Counted from the first letter of the stretch, positions 46,706 through 58,211 are shown. The stretch is 64,000 bases of DNA from an uncultured Methanosarcinaceae archaeon (GCA_963727895.1 CAVSHT010000008.1:160001-224000), one strand, 5' to 3'. The notes: a model not told the origin generated them from the sequence alone. Made by a program: numbers and translations.

Positions 46706-47980
46706 TCACTTAAAACAGCACTTGGTAATTTCTCCACTTAGATCTTCCCTGAGCATTGAAATAGCTTCGTCGAATTCATTGGTCTGGCCGAGAACCCACA
46801 TGAGTTTAACAAGAGCAGTTTCAGGCAATGTGTCTTCTCCCTCGATTGCACCGGCTTTCAGCATATCGCGGCCTGTATCATAGACGCGGTCGCAAATTCT
46901 GCCATTAAGGCACTGTGAAGTCACTACAACTAGAATTTTTGCATCTGTAGCTTTCCTGATCATGGGAGTCCATTTTGTAGAAACGTGTCCAAGTCCGGTA
47001 CCTTCAAGAACCAATCCCCTGTATCCGTTGTTAATATAATGTTCAATAATTTCAGGACTTGAACCTGGCGTAAATTTAATGAGGGCACATTTTGATTCCA
47101 TACCCGGTTTGAATTTGAGAGTTTTATCTCCACGTTTTGTATAATCAATGAAAGTTTTTATTTTCCTTGTATTATAATCCACAATCCCTATCGGAAGAGA
47201 ATTTATTGACTTGAAAGCGTCCCTGCGAGAAGTATGCATTTTCCTGACTTTCGTTCCATGGTGAATCTCGCAGAAATCGTCAGAAGTCGTCCCGTGCATG
47301 ACAACTGAAACTTCAGCAATATCACTTACAGCAACCAGCGCTGCACATATTGCATTCATGGCATTGTCGCTGCTTGGGCGGTCTGCACTTCTCTGGGAAC
47401 CTACAAGAACAATAGGTACAGGCGTTTCAATCATAAAGGAAAGGGCTGCAGCCGTGTACATCATGGTGTCTGTACCATGAGTTACGATTATCCCATCGGC
47501 ACCGTCTTCAATCTCTTCCACAACTGCATGGGCGAGTTTTTCCCAGAATTCTGAATCCATGTTTTCTGAGAGGATACTTGAGATTACTCTACCTTTAAAA
47601 TCAGCTATCTCCTTGAGTTCCGGGATAGCTGCAAGGATGTCATAAGCAGTAAACTGGGACGAAACTGCACCTGTCCTGTAATCGATTTTGCTTGCTATCG
47701 TTCCGCCTGTGGAAAGAATAGCAATCTTTGGAAGCTTTATTTCAGGACTTGTTATTTCTTCTTCTGCTGCTTTGGATTTATCCACAATGTCCTGGTTTAC
47801 GTTTGTGATTTCTTCATCGTTTTCTAGAGGAATTATCTTCACTTTATTTACAGAAAAGCCAGCATTATAACCACTTTTCATTTTTATTGTAATATATCCT
47901 TCCACAGACGGCATCACTTTGCCTTCATAAACAGTGCCGTTCTTTTCAATACGTACCCTATCGCCCTGTTTGAACTCCAT
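46706..47980 (-). CDS. gatD: Glu-tRNA(Gln) amidotransferase subunit D
   Basis: [47 protein letters not shown]. Confidence 0.96.
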   Translation of the reverse strand: MEFKQGDRVRIEKNGTVYEGKVMPSVEGYITIKMKSGYNAGFSVNKVKIIPLENDEEITNVNQDIVDKSKAAEEEITSPEIKLPKIAILSTGGTIASKIDYRTGAVSSQFTAYDILAAIPELKEIADFKGRVISSILSENMDSEFWEKLAHAVVEEIEDGADGIIVTHGTDTMMYTAAALSFMIETPVPIVLVGSQRSADRPSSDNAMNAICAALVAVSDIAEVSVVMHGTTSDDFCEIHHGTKVRKMHTSRRDAFKSINSLPIGIVDYNTRKIKTFIDYTKRGDKTLKFKPGMESKCALIKFTPGSSPEIIEHYINNGYRGLVLEGTGLGHVSTKWTPMIRKATDAKILVVVTSQCLNGRICDRVYDTGRDMLKAGAIEGEDTLPETALVKLMWVLGQTNEFDEAISMLREDLSGEITKCCFK

Positions 47981-48098
47981 AACTAATCCCTTTTATGATA
48001 ACTTCTTTAGTATGATATCTTCTTAATATGATAAATAATCGATATTCTGGTCACACCAGATCTTTTCACATGATACTATCTTTTTTGTCTCGTTAATT

Positions 48099-49574
48099 TC
48101 AAGCTTTTGTGTATTCCTTTACAGTTGCAAGAAGGTTTTCAAAAGCTGAGTCTGTGATGTCTTTTAAAGTTGCAATTTCCTGAATGTTAAGTTCAAGTTC
48201 AGTCTCCCTTTTAGATATGTAATTTCTTATTTCTTCAGGAGCAGGCCCACCAGTAATTTTTCGTCTCTTTATGTTTGAAACCGGATTAAGAGCTTCTTTA
48301 ACCAGCTTTTCTGTAAGTCCTCGGCTTGAGAGAGACTCACCAAGTACAACTTCAGCTACTGAATCAATCTTTTCAAGAGTGGGTTTTTCCATTTCTCTTG
48401 CAAGCATTCCGACAATCTGGTGAGCAGTTCTAAAGGGAATTCCGGTTTCCCTGACAAAGGTATCTGCAAGTTCGGTAGCGGTCGTAAATCCAGTGATTGA
48501 TTGGGCAGAAAACACTTCAGGATGGACCTTCATAGTTTTTACCATTCCTTTCATGACTCTTACCGAGGCTCTTACGGTTTCCACAGACCGCCAGATATTT
48601 GGAGTTGCTTCCTGAAGGTCCCTGTTATAACTCAATGGAAGTCCTTTGCATATAGTGATCAGAGACATAAGTGCTCCGACAGCTACTCCTGTTTTTCCGC
48701 GCATAAGTTCGGCAGTATCAGGATTTTTCTTCTGCGGCATGATTGAGGATGTAGAAGCGTAAGTATCGTCCAGTTCTATGAAATTGAACTCTGAAGTGGA
48801 CCAGATTACAAGTTCTTCTGCCATGCGGCTCAAATTTATCATGAGATTTGTAAAGCCTGAGGCACATTCAATAAGAAAATCCCTGCTGCTAACAGCATCC
48901 ATCGAGTTTTCAAGCAAGCCGTCAAAACCCAGGAGTTCCTCGGTTCTTTTCCTATTAAGGTTAAAACCCGTAGACGCAAAAGCAGCAGCTCCGAGTGGGC
49001 AGAGGTTCACCCTGGAGTAAGCATCCTGAATCCTATCAAAGTCTCTTCCAAGAGCGGATTCATGGGCGCAGAAGTGGTGAGCAAGAGTTGTCGGCTGGGC
49101 ATGTTGCATGTGAGTAAAGCCAGGCATAAGAGTCTCAGTATATTTTTCTGCAAGGTCGAGAAGAGTTTGTCTTAGCTCATGAATTTCTTCAAGCAATCCA
49201 GTTAGTTCTTCTCTGAGAACCAGTCTTATGCAGGTTGCAACTTCATCGTTTCTAGAACGGCCAGAATGCATTCTTCCCCCTACGTCTTCCCCGACCAGAT
49301 CGATGAGCTTTGATTCAAGGGAAATGTGAATATCTTCATAAGTGAAATCGAGTTTTTCCATTCCTTCCTCTCGGATTTTCAAAAGCCCACTAAGGATTTT
49401 GCTGCAGTCCTCCCGGTTTATAATGCCTTGCTCTTTTAGCATTACTGTGTGGGCAAGGTCCACTGCTATATCAGCATCAAAAATCCACCTGTCAGCTTCC
49501 ATAGAGGAGGTGTAACGTATGATTTCCTCATCCTGGGCTGCTTCCAGCCTGCCTCTGCGTAAAATATTGCTCAT
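48099..49574 (-). CDS. argH: Argininosuccinate lyase
   Basis: HSGRSRNDEV, PGFTHMQHAQP, SSIMPQKKNPD, YNRDLQE. Confidence 0.97.
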   Translation of the reverse strand: MSNILRRGRLEAAQDEEIIRYTSSMEADRWIFDADIAVDLAHTVMLKEQGIINREDCSKILSGLLKIREEGMEKLDFTYEDIHISLESKLIDLVGEDVGGRMHSGRSRNDEVATCIRLVLREELTGLLEEIHELRQTLLDLAEKYTETLMPGFTHMQHAQPTTLAHHFCAHESALGRDFDRIQDAYSRVNLCPLGAAAFASTGFNLNRKRTEELLGFDGLLENSMDAVSSRDFLIECASGFTNLMINLSRMAEELVIWSTSEFNFIELDDTYASTSSIMPQKKNPDTAELMRGKTGVAVGALMSLITICKGLPLSYNRDLQEATPNIWRSVETVRASVRVMKGMVKTMKVHPEVFSAQSITGFTTATELADTFVRETGIPFRTAHQIVGMLAREMEKPTLEKIDSVAEVVLGESLSSRGLTEKLVKEALNPVSNIKRRKITGGPAPEEIRNYISKRETELELNIQEIATLKDITDSAFENLLATVKEYTKA

Positions 49575-49669
49575 CGGATTTTCCTCCTTCTGATCTTTAT
49601 GAAATGAGTCTACATGGATTGTATTATTAGTACTTGTAATAGTATATGGAAATTAATGTCAGAGTAAAT

Positions 49670-49781
49670 ACTAGGCTTAAATAGGTTAGTATTAGACTTA
49701 AATAAGTTAATATTTAACTTAAATGAAATACTTGATGTAATATTTGATGCAAGATTTATTGTAAGATTTATTGTAAGATTT
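49670..49781. repeat. Degenerate 21-bp and 12-bp tandem repeats in the divergent intergenic region
   Basis: TACTAGGCTTAAATAGGTTAG-like x3 then GATTTATTGTAA-like x4. Confidence 0.6.
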
Positions 49782-49965
49782 TTGTGGTGGTATTATTTCG
49801 AGCACTTAAATATGAATCGGTACCGGGGGATTTTCCTTTAAGATTTAGTGTATCATGAAGGCACTTATTATTCATTAAAAATTTTTAAAACTATTGAGGC
49901 TTATTTACTTGTCTGGTTTTTGCTATCCCAAAAAGCTAATCGTAAGGAGAGCATAATTTTGTTTA

Positions 49966-50565
49966 ATGTCCGTTGTCTCAAAGTATGACCGAATAGCACC
50001 CATTTATGAACTGATAGATTTGCCTCTGGAACTTCTATTTTTCCGGAAATGGAGAAAAGATGCCCTAATAGGCCTGAGCGGAAAAGTCCTTGAAGTTGGG
50101 GTGGGCACCGGCAGAAACCTGAAATATTATCCTTCAAGCTGTCGGGTAATAGGGATCGACAAAAGTGAATGCATGCTCCAAAGAGCCCGAGAAAAAGCCA
50201 AAGGCATGAAAAATATCACTCTTTATCCTATGGATGCTGAACACTTAGAATTTCCGGATAAAAGCTTCGATTATGTGATCACGACTTTTGCCCTCTGCAC
50301 AATTCCTGATCCCGTGAAAGCTCTTAAGGAAATGAAACGAGTCCTGAAGCCTTCAGGTGAATTAATAGCTCTTGAACATGTGCATAGTAACTACCCTTTT
50401 GTTGACTTTATCGAACATTTAATTAATCCAGTTCTGTTTTTTTTGCTTGGGGATCATACAACTAGACATACCGTGAAGAATATCGAAAAAGCTGGTTTTA
50501 CTATAAAAGAATCAAAAAAACTTGCTTTTAAGGATGTTTTCAGAAAAATAAGGGCAAAACCGTAG
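49966..50565 (+). CDS. Class I SAM-dependent methyltransferase
   Basis: VLEVGVGTG, MDAEHLEFPDKSFD, RVLKPSG. Confidence 0.92.
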   Translation: MSVVSKYDRIAPIYELIDLPLELLFFRKWRKDALIGLSGKVLEVGVGTGRNLKYYPSSCRVIGIDKSECMLQRAREKAKGMKNITLYPMDAEHLEFPDKSFDYVITTFALCTIPDPVKALKEMKRVLKPSGELIALEHVHSNYPFVDFIEHLINPVLFFLLGDHTTRHTVKNIEKAGFTIKESKKLAFKDVFRKIRAKP

Positions 50566-50722
50566 AGAATTTCTTTTTCATTTCAGTTTAATTCTTTTTA
50601 ATTGATTTTTTTCGTTTAATTTGTTATTTTTAGTATTGAATGAGGCTTCAGGAAAAGGCATTTGATAGATGTATCTTTAACATATTTTTATTCCTGCTTC
50701 TCAATACAAATAGTTATATTGA

Positions 50723-50965
50723 TTGGTAGATATTTATAATGTAATGGATGAGAGTATAGAATATAAGCTTTATCTTGAAGCTCTGGATAATGAAAGATCT
50801 GGATGGGAAAGAAGAACGGCAGTAAGAAGGCTTAGCGACCGTAAAACCGAGGAGTCTCTATACTACCTGAATGAGCTTATAGTTGACAGATATTGTATAG
50901 TGCCTGACTGGCTCAAGAGGATCGCAAGAGAATACTATGTATCTCTATGTCTAGAATTTCTCTGA
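50723..50965 (+). CDS. Small HEAT-like hypothetical protein
   Basis: WERRTAVRRL helical motif; coding-like composition. Confidence 0.55.
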   Translation: MVDIYNVMDESIEYKLYLEALDNERSGWERRTAVRRLSDRKTEESLYYLNELIVDRYCIVPDWLKRIAREYYVSLCLEFL

Positions 50966-51157
50966 TAATTGTATTTTTATGAATTAAGGCTTCTTGATGT
51001 ATTTTTCGAAAAAAATAGTTTCATGTAGCCGCTGCAATAAAAATAATAAGCTGCAGTAAGAAAAATACCTCTGCATTTTTGTCTTTCCTGTTTTTAGATA
51101 GCTTATGCTCTAATTCTGAAACTTTCTGTCTACTCGACCAAAAGTATTCTAATTTCT

Positions 51158-51279
51158 GGCTTTGTAGAAAACCTATTTAAATCAGCTGCAAGAAACAAAA
51201 ATAAAATCCGCAAAAATATATCCGATTATTCAGTCAAAATTAGTTAAGATTCATTATTTCAAAGGATTTCTACAGAGAC
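51158..51279. mobile_element. 122-bp MITE with IS5-type ends
   Basis: GGCTTTGTAGAAAACC ... GGATTTCTACAGAGAC, matching the TIR of 52265-53264. Confidence 0.75.
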
Positions 51280-51334
51280 AAATAATCTACTGCATCACTT
51301 TATAGGTTCCGAGGCAACACTCTATAGGTTTCGG

Positions 51335-51485
51335 ATATTACCAGATTTTCCACGAGGACTTTTTTTCTGTAATTTCGGGCAATAGTTTTGTATTTAACTT
51401 GTTGTTTTCTGGAGTAAACTCTGAATATGTAAGCTTGCTTTTGTGTGACTTCATTAAGCTGTGTGATCTGGTTATCCTTCAGGCA
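51335..51485 (-). pseudogene. C-terminal remnant of a coiled-coil protein
   Basis: frames read KDNQITQLNEVTQKQA / IQSLLQ-ENNKLNTKLLPEITEKK..WKIW. Confidence 0.4.
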
Positions 51486-52079
51486 TGTTTGATCACTCTT
51501 TGTTAGATTCCTTATTGATTAGAACCTAACGTAATACATCGATTTTCATTAAATCTATGCATTTTGACTTGTTTTAGCCAATTACAGCAGCAAATTGTGG
51601 GAATATCAAAAGAAAATATGCTCTAGCGTAAAATCTATGCATCAATAAAAACAATATAAAAAAATTTTGTTAGCAGAATCAATAACTTTTTATCCCTAAT
51701 TTGACAGAAACATAAATATTATGATTAATAAATCGGTCAAATGCTTATGTTTTCGCTCTACAAATGTAATTTATATACGATGTTCTTTGATTTTTGATAT
51801 TTTCATTTTTCCAAAAAGATTCTATGCCGATGCAAAGTGTTTTATGTTATAGATAACTTTGCAAATTAATAACTTATGTAAAATTAAGGTTTTATTTCAT
51901 ATATTTTACAAAAAATTAGACACACTGCCTCCTATTTTCAAAAAAGCATAAATGAATACTATAATAGTGAATAAATCAAAAAAATATTTATGCAAATTTA
52001 TGAAATGTGAAACTTTTAATAAGAATAGATTGTGTTTAGTATTATTAATTTGTAAAAATGACTTTTGGAGGTTCATAAC

Positions 52080-52214
52080 TTGGCGACCAAGAAACAGAAG
52101 GCAGCAAAAAGAGCTAAGAAAGATCAAGAAACGAACGGTAACACAAAAAAGCCCGTTGAGGAAGTTAAGGAACCAGAAGACAAAACAAAAAAACAAGATA
52201 AGAAAAGAAAATGA
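52080..52214 (+). CDS. 44-aa highly charged small protein (not in ORF track)
   Basis: GGAGG SD 8 nt before TTG; MATKKQKAAKRAKKDQETNGNTKKPVEEVKEPEDKTKKQDKKRK; downstream hairpin AGGCTT..AAGCCT plus T-tract. Confidence 0.6.
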   Translation: MATKKQKAAKRAKKDQETNGNTKKPVEEVKEPEDKTKKQDKKRK

Positions 52215-52264
52215 AAATAAAAAGAGGAGGCTTAAATCAAGCCTTTATTTTTAGCTAATATAAA

Positions 52265-53264
52265 GGCTTTGTAGAAATCCTCTAATTTCTGTTTTTACCC
52301 CAAAATTTATCAAAATTAAATTGTAAAAATGCTCCTTATTTTTTATCTCCACAAAAAAGAGGAGCAATCTCTTTTGTCATCAAATAAGTAGATTCAATTT
52401 ATTGATATTAGTTTTAAAAGGTCAGTCTTCTAGACTGAACCTTTACTCCTGCAAATACTCTAAACATGTTTATACTCAACATCAGCTTCTTGCTCTTGTT
52501 TTATTAAATGAGTACATAAATACAGATTATCCTTATTTTGTAGAACTTATTGATCTCATGAGCAATCTAAACTAAAAACTTAACCTTAACAAGATACTCC
52601 ATATACTACTCTTCAAAAGTTTGTGTTTAGCATTCCGTCTTCATTTTTTAGCCTACTTTTGTCAAGAACTCTAAAGTTATTTTATTTACGTGGAGAAAAC
52701 GTCTCTGTCACAGCAATTGATGCAACTGGATTTACAAGTTTTTATGCAAGTCATTATTACTCTCGAAGAACAGGGAAGCTCAGACGGAGCTTCCTGAACA
52801 CTTCAATATCAGTAGACACAAGTAAACAAGTGATATTAGGATTGGAAATCAGTCAAAAAACAGATACTGAAGTCAAACATGCAAAATTTCTGATAAGACT
52901 ATCTAACAAGTTAAGAAAATCATAATGTTATGTGATGGGTAAAGGATATGATTCTGAAAAAATTCATGCTCTAATCAGAGAAGAAATCAAAGTAGAATCA
53001 ATTATACCTTTAAGAGTCAGAAAAAGGAAGAAAATAATAGGAAAATACAGAAAACAGCTATATTTAACCTTTGATAAAATCAAGTATAATAAACGCAATA
53101 TATCCAAAAAGACGTTCTCTGTTATAAAAAGGAGGTTTGGAGAAGTAATAAAGGCAAGAAAGTTTTACAATCAAGTAAAAAATAAAAATTAAACTATTGG
53201 TGTATAATATATACAAAAAAGTTCTGGAAATAATTTACATAAAATTAAGGATTTCTACAAAGCC
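52265..53264 (+). mobile_element. Degenerate IS5-family element (fragments 52623-52925, 52932-53192)
   Basis: perfect TIR GGCTTTGTAGAAATCCT; AIDATGFTS..ASHYY, KGYDSE, YNKRN motifs broken by stops. Confidence 0.9.
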
Positions 53265-53499
53265 TAATTTCCTAAGGTTTATATGCAATTACCCCAATTC
53301 TCAGATCAACTTAAAGAACCATTAAACTTAGCTATAGACTTACTTTATTCATAATTTATTTATGAGTTTCTATCTCTGGTTCTTGTTGTGAACAGAGTTT
53401 ATAAGAAGAGGTCATCTTTATTAAAAATAAATTAACATAGTTACTTAATTTAGATATTTTATAATCTTTAAACCTTAGTTTGATGATATTTATATCAGG

Positions 53500-53739
53500 A
53501 TGGATTGGAGTATGGGCAGAGATACTGGAAAATCTTTAGGACGACCGGCAATAATCTTGGTGGGCATTGGAGCAATACTAGACGTTATTCTATTTTACTT
53601 AATGTTCAAATTTGCTGATAAAGGAAATTTATTTATGGTTCTCTTAACTGCAGTGCTGATAATACTCGTTGCACTGGGGATCACAAAAGGTCTTATTTCC
53701 ATGTCTAGGCTTGACTATAGTAAACAACTGGACAAATGA
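53500..53739 (+). CDS. Small two-TM hypothetical protein
   Basis: two hydrophobic helices. Confidence 0.65.
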   Translation: MDWSMGRDTGKSLGRPAIILVGIGAILDVILFYLMFKFADKGNLFMVLLTAVLIILVALGITKGLISMSRLDYSKQLDK

Positions 53740-53914
53740 ACGGTGGACAAATGAACGGTTTTGAGTGTGTATTGTTTCGTCAATAACGCTCGATTAAGCT
53801 CTTAGGAGATTCATTATTTGAAATTTTTTTAAATTAAAACACAACTGAAGGCATAAATGCAAATTTTCTTTTAATCAAAATTTCTTTTAATCAAATTCTC
53901 TTTTAATCAAAATT
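53728..53914. repeat. Short tandem repeats (15 bp x2; 16 bp x3)
   Basis: TGGACAAATGAACGG x2; AAATTTTCTTTTAATC-like x3. Confidence 0.7.
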
Positions 53915-54153
53915 GTTAATTTCTTTATTCTTCGTTTTTGAATGGTTTCTGCGGAATTAGTTAAAATAATATGAAGGTTAATATGTCACTTCAGCTTAAT
54001 GTTTATTATTTAAATTTACTATTATCTATCAAGTTTTTCAGGTTCGACTCTCAATTTCCAGGGGTCGAGAAGCAAGCAGAAGATGAATTCTAGGGGAATA
54101 AGTTTAGTCACAGATTTATGCTTATAATCGAATGAAATGGGAGGAGTTTACTC

Positions 54154-55674
54154 ATGCAATTGAAGTTAGAACATTTTAATATGAAAATAGGGCAGCACAA
54201 GGTGTTACTAAATATTTCCGATGCAAAGGAACTGGGGGTTAATCCGGGGGATAGAGTCCGTATTCGCGGTCATGAGAGCCTTTCTGCAATTGTGGATACA
54301 ACAGATGATATGGTTTCTCCAGGTACCCTGGGAGTTTTTTTTGAAGTATACGAGCACTTTCAGGATTGGGATAAGCCAGTAGAAGTCGTTCCGGCATTCC
54401 GTTCAAAATCTACGTCCGTGATCAAGAAAATGATGGATAAAAAATCTGTTGTGCAGGACGAGATTAAAACACTCGTAAACGATATTGTTGAAGAGAATCT
54501 AAGTGAAATAGAACTATCGGCTTTTATAACATCTTCTTATATTCACGGAATGACCGATGACGAGGTTGAATGGCTTACAAAGGCTATGATTGAGAGCGGG
54601 GATACAATCGAATTTGACACTCATCCGATAATGGATAAACACTCGATAGGAGGAGTTCCCGGAAACAAGATATCTCTCCTTGTTGTCCCTATTATCGCTG
54701 CAAACGGACTTCTTATTCCAAAGACGAGTTCAAGGGCGATTACAGGTGCAGGCGGAACTGCTGACCTCATGGAGGTTCTCTGTCCAGTAGAGTTCAGTTC
54801 TCAGGAAGTCAAAGAGATCACAGAAAAGGTAGGAGGTGCACTTGTCTGGGGCGGAGCCACAAATATCGCACCTGCCGATGATAAGCTTATCAGGGTTGAA
54901 TATCCTCTCTCCATTGACCCCTACTACCAGATGCTTGCTTCAATTATGGCAAAAAAGGGAGCTATAGGGGCTGACAATGTAGTAATGGATATTCCGGTTG
55001 GGCCAAGCACAAAAGTTCCAACTGTTCAGGAAGGGCAAAAACTTGCGAGAGATTTGATCAACCTCGGGCACAGGCTTGGAATGAATGTTGAGTGTGCAAT
55101 TACTTATGGTTCATCTCCTATCGGAAGGAAAGTTGGACCGGCACTGGAAGTTAGGGAAGCCCTGAAAGTTCTGGAAAGTATGGAAGGTCCAAACAGCCTC
55201 ATTGAAAAGAGTGCTGCTCTTGCGGGTATCCTGCTTGAAATGGGAGGTGCGGCTCCAAGGGACCACGGAAAGGAAGTTGCACTGGAAACAATCAGAAGCG
55301 GAAAAGCTCTTGAAAAGATGAAGCAGATTATTGAAGCCCAGGGTGGAGACCCAAAAATTACATCAAACGATATCCAGGTAGGACAATATACTGCCGAGAT
55401 TTTTGCTTCTGCAGATGGATATGTTATCGAGTTTGACAATAAATGGATAATTGAAGTTGCCAGGCTTGCGGGAGCACCTAACGATAAAGGAGCAGGAGTT
55501 GCTATTCACAAGAAAATGGGTGAGGCTGTTAAGAAGGGAGAGCCGATCCTTACAATCTATGCTGAGAAAGAATTTAAGCTTGAAAATGCATTGACTACGG
55601 CCCAAAGGACAAATCCAATAGTTGTTGAGGGTATGCTTCTGAGGAGAATTCCAGGAACTTATGGGTTCCAGTAA
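54154..55674 (+). CDS. AMP phosphorylase (archaeal thymidine phosphorylase family)
   Basis: DKHSIGGVPGNK, PKTSSRAITGAGGTAD, LAGAPNDKGAG; N-terminal extension typical of AMPpase. Confidence 0.93.
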   Translation: MQLKLEHFNMKIGQHKVLLNISDAKELGVNPGDRVRIRGHESLSAIVDTTDDMVSPGTLGVFFEVYEHFQDWDKPVEVVPAFRSKSTSVIKKMMDKKSVVQDEIKTLVNDIVEENLSEIELSAFITSSYIHGMTDDEVEWLTKAMIESGDTIEFDTHPIMDKHSIGGVPGNKISLLVVPIIAANGLLIPKTSSRAITGAGGTADLMEVLCPVEFSSQEVKEITEKVGGALVWGGATNIAPADDKLIRVEYPLSIDPYYQMLASIMAKKGAIGADNVVMDIPVGPSTKVPTVQEGQKLARDLINLGHRLGMNVECAITYGSSPIGRKVGPALEVREALKVLESMEGPNSLIEKSAALAGILLEMGGAAPRDHGKEVALETIRSGKALEKMKQIIEAQGGDPKITSNDIQVGQYTAEIFASADGYVIEFDNKWIIEVARLAGAPNDKGAGVAIHKKMGEAVKKGEPILTIYAEKEFKLENALTTAQRTNPIVVEGMLLRRIPGTYGFQ

Positions 55675-55747
55675 TCTTCTCTTCCTTTTTCCAGTGAAAT
55701 CATTTCCAGTGAAATCATTTAATACCTTGTAGGGGTTTAGCACGAGC

Positions 55748-56281
55748 ATGAAAAGGATTGTTTTATTGCGCCTGGGGCACCGCCCGGAAAGGGACAAAAG
55801 AATTACTACCCACGTTGGCCTAACTGCTAGGCTGCTTGGTGCAGAAGGTATGCTTCTAGCCTCAAATGACCCCGGAATAATAAATACTCTTGAAGATGTA
55901 GTCAAGCGCTGGGGTGGAGATTTCTATATTAAGAATAATGTCAATTTTAAGCAGGAAATCAAAGAATGGAAAGCTGCCGGCGGAAAAGTTTGTCATCTTT
56001 CAATGTATGGAGTCAATCTACCTAACGTAACAGACGAACTTAAAAGCTGTGACAAACTTATGATTGTCGTAGGAGCAGAAAAAGTGCCTCCGGAAATTTA
56101 CCAGCTTGCAGACTGGAATATCGCAGTTGGAAGTCAACCTCATTCTGAAGTTGCGGCAGTTGCAATCACTATGGACAGAATAGCAGAAGACGAACCACTT
56201 GAGAGAAAGTTCCAAAATGCCGAATTGACGATTGTACCAGCGGAAAGGGGTAAACAGGTTATAGAAAATAGTAACAATTAA
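55748..56281 (+). CDS. trm56: tRNA (cytidine56-2'-O)-methyltransferase
   Basis: LRLGHRPERDKRITTHV, VVGAEKVP, QPHSEVAA. Confidence 0.95.
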   Translation: MKRIVLLRLGHRPERDKRITTHVGLTARLLGAEGMLLASNDPGIINTLEDVVKRWGGDFYIKNNVNFKQEIKEWKAAGGKVCHLSMYGVNLPNVTDELKSCDKLMIVVGAEKVPPEIYQLADWNIAVGSQPHSEVAAVAITMDRIAEDEPLERKFQNAELTIVPAERGKQVIENSNN

Positions 56282-56379
56282 ATCTATTTCCTTTTTACTT
56301 TTCTAAGTGCCTACCTCTAATTTTCAGGATTTTGCTTTCGGCTTATTTTATTAATATTTAGATTTTTACTTTTTATATT

Positions 56380-57834
56380 TTAATGAAGATTTTTATCTTC
56401 ATTAAGTATTTTCAAAAGCTCTATAATCGAATATGCAGCTCGGGTAATCCCCATGCTGCGTTTATCAGTATCTGTACCTGCCACATATAGATTATGAATA
56501 GGAGTTCGAATATCTGCAAATTTCCCATTAATTGTGACTGCAGCTTTTTCCGGGATCATTATCTGCTCATGCTGCATATCTATATATTTTTCTATATCTG
56601 GATGAGCACGGAAAATCATATCGTAGGCTTTTTTTGTTTCTTGCTCTTCGCTTTTATTTTCGTCGATAATGAAGGAAAAGCCAATAAGTTGTTTACCTTT
56701 TGGAGCAAGTGAAGAGTCATAATTACTGATAGGCGTTGCCCAGTAGGCAAAATCCTTGAACCAGATCTCTGAACCTGTATAATTAAAATCTGGAAACTCT
56801 TTTTCCAGTCCAAGCCAGATAGTCAGGCTTTTGCTGTGGACTATACCTTCCAGATTTTCCATATATTCTTCAGGGAGATTTTTTACAAGCCTGGGAAGTT
56901 CGGTTGCAAAACCTGTATAGATCACGATATCAGAGAAGTAAATTTCATCGGCTTCCACGCCTGAAACTTTTCCGTCCTGTACAAGGATAGATTTAACTTC
57001 ACATTCCTTTTTGATTTCAACAGTTTCTGGAAGAGAGTAAAGAATAGTGGTAAGCAGGGCTTTTAGACCTTTTCTGGGGTATCCCTGGGAATAATTCACA
57101 TTATTTGTTGCAAGCCTTTCCAGTGAGGTGAAAGGTTGAGTAACCCTTGTCATTCTTGCCTGAAGAGATGCATGAAGATGATATGGAAGAATAGAGGCAA
57201 GAATAGACTCTGTAGACTGTGATTTTTTTGATTCCAATCTTCCGATCATTGCATCAAACTGTTCCTGAGTGATGCTATCTCTGACAAAACTGCTTCCTGA
57301 TAAAACACGCTGAGCAGAAGTTTCCTTCATTGACCTACCAGAAAGGAAGGCTGATATTGTATCAACAAAATCATAGGTATCTTTTGAAAGGCTTTTCGGC
57401 AGGAAATCATACACTGACTGATTTGACAAGTCTATTCCAAATGAAGAAAGAGTAAAAGCTTTTGTCAGAGTTTGCGATAGCAGTACTCTATCCTTCCTCG
57501 GCAGCACATCAAAAGTCACAAAATCTTTCAGATTGGAAGGAACTTTTACAAGCACATTTTCAGTTCTAACATAGTAATGTCCATAGTCTTCAAACACAGG
57601 CAAAAAATCAAAATAATTATCCATCAGTCTTTTCAAAGGTCCTTCAATAAGGTGGGTTATTGCATGTGCTCCTGTATCTACTTGATAATCATCTACCATG
57701 TAGCTGTTGCAGTTCCCACCCAGACTCTGTCTTTTCTCAAGAACAAGGACTTTTTTTCCATGTTTTGAAAGCGTCAGCGCTGCAAGAAGGCCACTTATGC
57801 CAGCTCCGACAATAATTACGTCGTATCTTTTCAT
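56380..57834 (-). CDS. Phytoene-desaturase-like FAD oxidoreductase
   Basis: IVGAGISGL...LEK..LGG..VDTGAH, SSLAPKGK, LYVAG. Confidence 0.85.
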   Translation of the reverse strand: MKRYDVIIVGAGISGLLAALTLSKHGKKVLVLEKRQSLGGNCNSYMVDDYQVDTGAHAITHLIEGPLKRLMDNYFDFLPVFEDYGHYYVRTENVLVKVPSNLKDFVTFDVLPRKDRVLLSQTLTKAFTLSSFGIDLSNQSVYDFLPKSLSKDTYDFVDTISAFLSGRSMKETSAQRVLSGSSFVRDSITQEQFDAMIGRLESKKSQSTESILASILPYHLHASLQARMTRVTQPFTSLERLATNNVNYSQGYPRKGLKALLTTILYSLPETVEIKKECEVKSILVQDGKVSGVEADEIYFSDIVIYTGFATELPRLVKNLPEEYMENLEGIVHSKSLTIWLGLEKEFPDFNYTGSEIWFKDFAYWATPISNYDSSLAPKGKQLIGFSFIIDENKSEEQETKKAYDMIFRAHPDIEKYIDMQHEQIMIPEKAAVTINGKFADIRTPIHNLYVAGTDTDKRSMGITRAAYSIIELLKILNEDKNLH

Positions 57835-58211
57835 ACCCTAAACTACCTCAACTTATTCCAGTGAATGAAGTTATATCTAATGCAGTTATGCATTTTATTT
57901 CACTTAACTCACAATAGAATCCCATATTAGTAGAAGCATTAAACCTATTAAAACTCTAAAAGACTACTTTAAATTCTGAATCTATTTGAAATGATGCCAT
58001 ACAATTTTAATTTATCGATTTTATATTCAATCCATTAGTTATATTTTAAAACTGCAATAGAGATAAATAGTATTTATACTTAGCAGTCATTATATGACAA
58101 AAATCATCAAAAGTATTATTTTTTTATTTTTTAGAGATATTTCCTACTATGTGCTAAAGTATTTTTAATATAATTCTCGTAACCTTAGAAACAAAAATCA
58201 TTATTTTCTTT

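Noticed and set aside
51906..52254. ORFs 51906-52196 and 51952-52254
   Set aside because: Low-complexity shadows; the SD-supported 44-aa frame at 52080 is more plausible
54035..54075. GGTTCGACTC T-loop-like motif suggesting a tRNA
   Set aside because: No acceptor stem, D-arm or anticodon arm can be folded around it
49670..55720. Short repeats at 49670, 53728, 53861 and 55688 as CRISPR or iterons
   Set aside because: Head-to-tail copies without unique spacers, few units, no cas or rep gene
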